From an uncultured Planctomycetota bacterium (GTDB taxonomy: Bacteria; Planctomycetota; Planctomycetia; Isosphaerales; Isosphaeraceae), in contig CAVTTN010000002.1 in assembly GCA_963737655.1 (NCBI GenBank), forward strand, positions 5,779,188 through 5,843,187: a stretch of DNA of 64,000 nt, in the 5' to 3' direction. How positions within the stretch are numbered: the first letter of the stretch is position 1; each line of letters begins with the position of its first letter. Position numbers and translations under genes: made by a program. Positions 58,409 through 64,000 of this stretch are shown piece after piece. The notes under the pieces are model-generated. The model ran no database searches. It was not told the DNA's origin and saw nothing but the letters and a program-made list of their open reading frames with translations.

Positions 58409-59914
58409 ATGGGCACCATCTTCACCACCGATTACCTCGCCCTGGACCTCGGCGCCGAGAGCGGCCGGGGGCTGCTCGGCCGGTTCGACGGCGAACGCCT
58501 GAGCCTGGAGGAGGTCCACCGCTTCCCCAACGGGCCGGTCCGCCTGGTCAATACGCTGGTCTGGCCCCTCCCCCGGCTCTGGGACGAGTGCAAGACGGCC
58601 CTCCGCAAGGCCGGCGCCGGCCGGGGGCTGGACGGCGTGGGCGTGGACACCTGGGGCGTCGATTTCGCGCTGATCGGCAAGGGCGAGACCCTCCTGGGCA
58701 ACCCCGTCCACTATCGAGACGCCCGGACCGAGGGGATGCTGGACCTCGCCTGCTCGCTCGTCCCCCGGGAGCGGATCTATGAGGTCTCGGGCCTGCAATT
58801 CCTCCCCCTGAACACGCTCTATCAGCTCCTGGCGATGAAGCAGGCCGGCTCCCCCCTGCTGGACATGGCCGAATCGCTCCTGATGATGCCCGACCTCTTC
58901 GGCTGGCTCCTGACCGGCCGGAGGGCCGTCGAGAGGACCGACGCCTCGACGACCCAGCTCATGGACCCCAGGACCGGGACGTGGTCCGACGAGTTGATCT
59001 CCGGCTTCGGCCTGCCCCGGCGGATCTTCGGCGACCCGATCGAGCCGGGGACCGTGCTCGGGCCGCTCCTGCCGAGCGTCGCCGAGGAGGTGAACCTCCG
59101 GGACGTGAAGGTCCTGGCCACCGCCGGGCACGACACGGCCGCCGCCGTCGCCGCCGTCCCCACCCTCGGCCGGTCCGACCCGCCGGATTGGTGCTACCTG
59201 AGCTCCGGGACGTGGTCGCTCCTGGGCGTCGAGTCTTCGAGGCCGATCATCAACGACGCCACCTACAAATACAATTTCACGAACGAGGGGGGCGTCCTCG
59301 GCACCACGCGGCTCCTCAAGAACATCATGGGCCTGTGGCTGGTCCAGGAGTGCCGGCGGACCTGGGCGCGGTCGGGCAAGGATTATACGTATGACGAATT
59401 GATCGCCAAGGCCGGGGCCGCACGGCCGTTCTCGGCGATCATCGAGCCGGACGACCCCTCGTTCTACGCCCCGGGCGACATGCCCGCCCGGATCGCCGCC
59501 TTCTGCGCCCGGACCGGCCAGGCCGCGCCGGTCGGCGACGGCGCGATCGTCCGCTCGGCGCTGGAGGGCCTGGCCCTGAAGTACCGATGGACGATCGAGA
59601 AGCTCGAAGAGGTCACCGGGGGGACGATCCGGACGATCCACGTCGTCGGCGGGGGGTGCAAGAACGCCCTGTTGAACCAGTTCACGGCCGACGCCTGCAA
59701 CCGCCCCGTCGTGGCCGGGCCCGTCGAGGCGACGGCGATGGGCAACGTGTTGATCCAGGCGATGGCCCGGGGGCGGATCGGCTCGCTCGGCGACCTCCGG
59801 GAGATCGTCGCCCGGTCCTTCCCGGTCGCCACCTACGAGCCGAAGGACACCGCCGCCTGGGACGAGGCCGCCGCGAAGTTCGCGAGCCTCGCCCCGGGCC
59901 GATCGGGTGCCTAG
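58409..59914 (+). CDS. rhaB: FGGY-family sugar kinase, rhamnulokinase-like
   Basis: LALDLGAESGRGLLGRF, EVHRFPNGPV, GVDTWGVDFALI, YRDARTE, LQFLPLNTLYQL, GHDTAAAV, IHVVGGGCKNALLNQFTADA. ATG at 58409. Confidence 0.8.
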   Translation: MGTIFTTDYLALDLGAESGRGLLGRFDGERLSLEEVHRFPNGPVRLVNTLVWPLPRLWDECKTALRKAGAGRGLDGVGVDTWGVDFALIGKGETLLGNPVHYRDARTEGMLDLACSLVPRERIYEVSGLQFLPLNTLYQLLAMKQAGSPLLDMAESLLMMPDLFGWLLTGRRAVERTDASTTQLMDPRTGTWSDELISGFGLPRRIFGDPIEPGTVLGPLLPSVAEEVNLRDVKVLATAGHDTAAAVAAVPTLGRSDPPDWCYLSSGTWSLLGVESSRPIINDATYKYNFTNEGGVLGTTRLLKNIMGLWLVQECRRTWARSGKDYTYDELIAKAGAARPFSAIIEPDDPSFYAPGDMPARIAAFCARTGQAAPVGDGAIVRSALEGLALKYRWTIEKLEEVTGGTIRTIHVVGGGCKNALLNQFTADACNRPVVAGPVEATAMGNVLIQAMARGRIGSLGDLREIVARSFPVATYEPKDTAAWDEAAAKFASLAPGRSGA

Positions 59915-59940
59915 AATCCTCGGGAACCGTCTCGAAGGAT

Positions 59941-60042
59941 CGGGTTCCGGGTGGCATGCTTACGTCTTCGTAAGCACGTCTTCGGCCGAATGCCGGACTG
60001 CGGACATGCTTACGAAGACGTAAGCATGCCACCCGGAACCCG
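59941..60042. repeat. perfect 36-bp-stem palindrome (family C)
   Basis: 59941-59976 CGGGTTCCGGGTGGCATGCTTACGTCTTCGTAAGCA is the exact reverse complement of 60007-60042. The loop is 30 nt. It lies between convergent genes. Confidence 0.95.
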
Positions 60043-60087
60043 ACGTCAACCCGATCGGATGCGACACTTTCCACCATCGGGCCTCGA

Positions 60088-60849
60088 TCAAGCCTCGGCC
60101 TTCTTGCGACGGCGGATCGCCCGGCCGGCGGCCGTGAGGGTCCCGATGCCGAGGAGGGCGAGCGAGGACGGCTCGGGGACGACCCCCCCTTGCACGGGCG
60201 TCCCGGGGAAGGTCGGGATCAGCGGGTCGGCGCGGATGCTGAAGTTGTCGGCCTCGAACCCGGTGCCGAGGTTGCCGTTGTTGAAGACGATCTCGTCGAA
60301 CGTCGTGCCGTTGGTGCCGATGAAGTTCAGGTAGGCGAACTTCTCGCCGCCGTCGGTGCCGTAATAGGTGGGGTTGCCGTTGTACGACGAGTCGAGCTGG
60401 CCGAGGGCCGCCGCCGAGTCGAAGCTGCCGAGGAACTGGCCGTTGGAGTAGAACGAGACGCTGTTGAACGGGTCGGCCGCCGACCACCACATCCCGAAAT
60501 ACGCCTGGGGGGCGTTCAGGGTGAGCGTGGCCTGGAGTTGCCCGCTCTCGGCCCCGATCACGAAGTAATGGCCGGCGCCGCCCGCTCCGCCGTACTGGTC
60601 GGCCTCGTGGATGTTCAGGCCGGGGCCCGGTGCGGAGAAGGTGCCCACGGCCGTTTGCAGGGACGTGTACGATCCGGTGGAGATGCCGTCGAAGGTCTCG
60701 GTGACGGCCCCCGAGACCTGGGTGGTCTCGACCCCGGCGGCCTCGGCCGTCAACATCAGGTCGGCCCGCGACGTCGTCGCCAGGCCCATTGCGAACAGGA
60801 AGGCCGCCGCCGGGGCGGCCTGTCGGAAGAAGGCGCGTACTCGGTTCAT
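60088..60849 (-). CDS. PEP-CTERM sorting-domain protein
   Basis: Signal peptide (AAPAAAFLFAMGLATTSRA) and C-terminal VPEPSSLALLGIGTLTAAGRAIRRRKK. ATG at 60849. Confidence 0.85.
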   Translation of the reverse strand: MNRVRAFFRQAAPAAAFLFAMGLATTSRADLMLTAEAAGVETTQVSGAVTETFDGISTGSYTSLQTAVGTFSAPGPGLNIHEADQYGGAGGAGHYFVIGAESGQLQATLTLNAPQAYFGMWWSAADPFNSVSFYSNGQFLGSFDSAAALGQLDSSYNGNPTYYGTDGGEKFAYLNFIGTNGTTFDEIVFNNGNLGTGFEADNFSIRADPLIPTFPGTPVQGGVVPEPSSLALLGIGTLTAAGRAIRRRKKAEA

Positions 60850-61075
60850 CGCTGCTCGCTCATACCATCCCGGAGAATCCCCGGCCGCCTCGCCGGGGAC
60901 GGTCGCCCCTCCTGGGCACGATCCGATTCCCTCCCGGGCCGCTGGAAGGCCCGGAATCACTCTAGGCCGATCGCCGGGGATCGTCCGGGACGTTGCTTGG
61001 AATCCTCATCTCGGATCAAGAATCGACAAGTTTGGTCATAGAATTCCATCCCGCGATGGCTTTCCTCGCCGCGGC

Positions 61076-62709
61076 TCAATCCCCGTCGCGGAGGGTCAGC
61101 CGGGCGACGATCGGAGGTCGAGCGACGACCTCGGCCAGCCCCTCGGGCATGGGGCGGTCGGCCAGGATCTCGACCCCGGCGACGGCCCGGGGCTCGATCG
61201 CCGAGAAGACGCGATCGACGACCGTTCCCGCCGGGTCGCTGACCAGGACGAACCCGCCGGAGGGCCCCGAGGCCGTCGCCCGGACGATCATCCCGGGCTG
61301 CACCTCCGGGCCGAGGCGACGGCCTCCGCCGAGACGTCCTGGCCGATCAGGAGCCAGTCTCCCGAGCCCGGGGGGATCGACTCGATCGACCCGGGGCGAG
61401 GGGCCGCGACGATCCGGACGGCCGACCACTCCCCGCTCGCCCCTCGGGACCGGACCAGCAAGTGATCGGGCCCGGCGCACCCCTCGACCCGATCGACCGT
61501 GAGCTTCCGGGACCTCCGGTGGAGGACGGCCACCGGCGGGACGTCTCCGGGCCGGGGGGGCAGGTCGCGATAATCCAGGCGGAAGTGGCTGTCGAGGTGC
61601 TCGGCCAGGGCGCGGACCTCGGCCGCCGAGGCGTGAGGGAGCAGCCACAGGTCCATCCCGAGGTCCGACAGGGCCCAGCCCAGCCCGGCGAGCCGCTCGG
61701 GGAACGGTCGGCGGGCGTCCTTCAGATTGAGGAACGCCACGTCGAGCTCCGAGCCTTCGCGGCGGCTTCCGGCGGAGACGAACTCGGCCGCCGATCGGCC
61801 TCGGAGCCATCGGCCGATCGCCCCGAAGAACCCGGCGCCGGGGTCCAGCCCGCGGAACAGGCCGCGGAGCCTGGCCGCGACCTCGGGCCCGGCGATCTGC
61901 TCCGCCTCCCGACTCTCCAGCCACAGCGCAATGGCCGAGATCCGGATCCCCTCGTTCAGGAACCGGGAGCCGGCCGGCGCCCCCTTGACCCGCTTGCCCC
62001 CCTCGGCCGAGACCGAGGCGTGATGCAGGGCCACCAGCCGCCAGTGGTTGTCGAACACCGGGCTGCCCGAGGAGCCGGGCTCGGTGTCGCAGGCGTATTG
62101 CAGGACCACCCGATCGGCCTTGACCACGTGATTATCCCGGAGGGCCACCTGCTTCGGCCTTCCCCGGGGGTGCTGGATGATGTTCACCGGGTCCGAGGCG
62201 TCCACCCGCCGGCTGTCCCTCTCCAACACGATCGCGCCGAGGGCCTCCAGGCCCTTGACCCCGCAGAACGTGAAGTCCAGGCCCGATTCGGTCACGAACA
62301 GGGATTGCGGGTCCAGCGTGGCCTCGATCGGGAAGACCGGCGGGTCGAGGTCTTCGGGCCTCTCGGCGTCGTACAGGGCGATGGCCCGGGCCGCCCAGGC
62401 CGTGGCCGGGTCGGGCAGGACGTGATGGTTGGTCAGGAGGACGTCCGGGCCGACGAGGAACCCCGTCCCGCTCGCGCCGTCGCCCCGGACGATCTTCACC
62501 ACCGAGCGCCCCCGGAGGTCTCCGGTGCGGAGGAAGACGAAGGGCAGCAATTCATTCTCTTCGAGGATGAGCTCCGGGCGGACCACCGGGCCGCCCGAGA
62601 ACTGGAGGGCCGGGCCCGGAGGGGCGACCCGGGGCCGTCGGGAGCGGCGATCGTAACCGGACAGGAATCGGCCATTGAGCGGGGATTCGTCCCGCGAATA
62701 CCTGGGCAT
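61076..62709 (-). CDS. trypsin-like serine protease fused to an uncharacterised C-terminal domain (frame break at 61308-61312)
   Basis: GTGFLVGPDVLLTNHHV (His), IIQHPRGRPK, CDTEPGSSGSPVF (Ser). There is no signal peptide. The C-terminal ~240 aa continue in ORF 61076..61924 (PEVQPGMIVRATASGPSGGFVLVSD...). Confidence 0.75.
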
Positions 62710-63047
62710 GATCGACGGCCTCTTAACGCAACACGACTCGAACCGACCGCGGGCTGGACTCGACGTGGCTCCCAGGCCCCGGACGATGGCTCGCCGTGGA
62801 GAAGGCCCTCCGATCTCAGGGGGATGATCCGATCCGTCGGACGGCCGGAGGCGCCCGCTCGCCCCGGGGCATGTCGGGCACCCGTCGCGAGCGAATCCTC
62901 AACGCACCGTCCCTTGCTAGCATCGAGACGGGGATCGGCGAGGGATTGCCAAAGCGGGACTCCCGGGCAACTCCGAGGGATTTCGTTGTCACGGGCCGAT
63001 CGCGCTGGTAGGCTCGGGGCGAGGCGAGGCGAAGGGGGGCCGGCGCG

Positions 63048-64000
63048 ATGACCGAGACCGTCGAGACGCCGAGACGATCGCCGATCGGGACGGCGCTGAG
63101 GGCGCTGATCCTGCCGGCCGTCTGGCTGGAGAGGGCCGAGGGCGGCGACGGCTGGCGTTGCTGCTCGCCTATGGCCTGATCGCCGGGTTCCTGGTCCTGG
63201 TGGGGCTGAGGATGGCCGCGCTCCGGGGGCTGCCGGACGTCGGCGACCCGTTCGCGGAGGATCGGATCGCGGAAACGCGGCTCCCCGCCGTCGATCCAGC
63301 CGCGCTCCGCGAGGCGGTCGGGCACTACCGCCGGGCCGCCGAGCTGTTCCGCGGCCTGCCTCCGGGCCGGGACCTCCGCAGTGGCATGCTTCCCGCGACG
63401 CCGGCCAACCCCTTCGGCGAGTTCGCCGCGAAGGACTTCGAGGTCACCGACTCCCTGAACCGCGACCGGGGGGATGGGCCCGGCGTGGCGGTCCGCTATC
63501 GCGACTGGCTCGACGCCAACGGCCCCGCCCTGGCCGAGTGGCGGGAATGGGCCGAGAGCCAGCCGGACGCCGCGGCCCAGGCGTCTCGGGCCGGCGCCCC
63601 GGGCCCCTCGGCACGCTCGCCTTCTCCAACAATCACGGCTTCCCCGGCCTGGCGATGCTCGACGCCCTCCGCCGCCAGTCTCAGGGCGACCCGGCCGGCG
63701 CCTGGGAGGCGCTCCGGCTCTGCCTCCAGTCGGTCCGTCGGGTCGAGTCTCCGGCCCTGTTCGGCCCCGGCGATCGGACGACGGCCATCGTGGTCCCGTC
63801 CCTCCTGATCGCCTTCGATCGCTGGTCGAGCGACCCGAACGTCGATGCCGCGATGCTCCGCCGGGCCCTGGAGGATGTCCTCGCCATCGACGCCCCGAAT
63901 CCCGACCAACGGGCCGCCCTCCGCGACGAATACGACCGGGTGATGAAGGCCATCGAGAGTCCGGGCGAAGCGATCTGGAAGTCGATCGAAGCCGAGCTCA
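63048..64000 (+). CDS. hypothetical membrane-anchored protein, 3' end outside the window (two frame breaks as assembled)
   Basis: ATG 63048 (MTETVETPRRSPIG...), then RRRLALLLAYGLIAGFLVLVGL (TM) in the frame of ORF 63158. After ~63600 a third frame (LGTLAFSNNHGFPGLAMLDALRRQSQGDPAGAWEAL...) stays open to base 64000. Confidence 0.5.

Overview
This is a 64-kb, very GC-rich segment of a bacterial chromosome. The gene content suggests a Planctomycetota genome of the Isosphaera/Singulisphaera type, though this is inference only. That content includes a PEP-CTERM protein, FG-GAP and sortilin/BNR proteins, two membrane Ser/Thr kinases, a GT39 glycosyltransferase, a DUF721/DciA-type gene and many spurious long antisense ORFs. 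The window carries the replication-core genes gyrA (12.6-15.2 kb), dnaN (22.9-24.0 kb), dciA-like plus gyrB (25.5-28.4 kb) and dnaA (46.0-47.4 kb, opposite strand, not linked to dnaN). It also carries housekeeping genes (rsmA, ribE, NAD(P)HX epimerase, kptA, a rhamnulokinase-like kinase), an ECF sigma/anti-sigma pair, STAS and PP2C partner-switching parts, and four toxin-antitoxin-like pairs. Just downstream of gyrB lie XisI, an ABC-ATPase/DUF4276 two-gene module and a SWIM-SNF2 helicase; this is the best candidate for a poorly described conflict system. I found no rRNA, tRNA, CRISPR array, transposase or integrase. Two observations cut across the whole window. First, there are about 20 single-base reading-frame breaks, which hit even gyrA and gyrB. 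The consensus is therefore probably error-prone, and the full-length gene spans below bridge these breaks. Second, there are at least seven families of long, often perfect, palindromic intergenic repeats. Two of these families have the GTAG-head plus hairpin architecture of REP/REPIN elements and supply the stop codons of several genes. All homology calls are by-eye motif recognition, not database searches.
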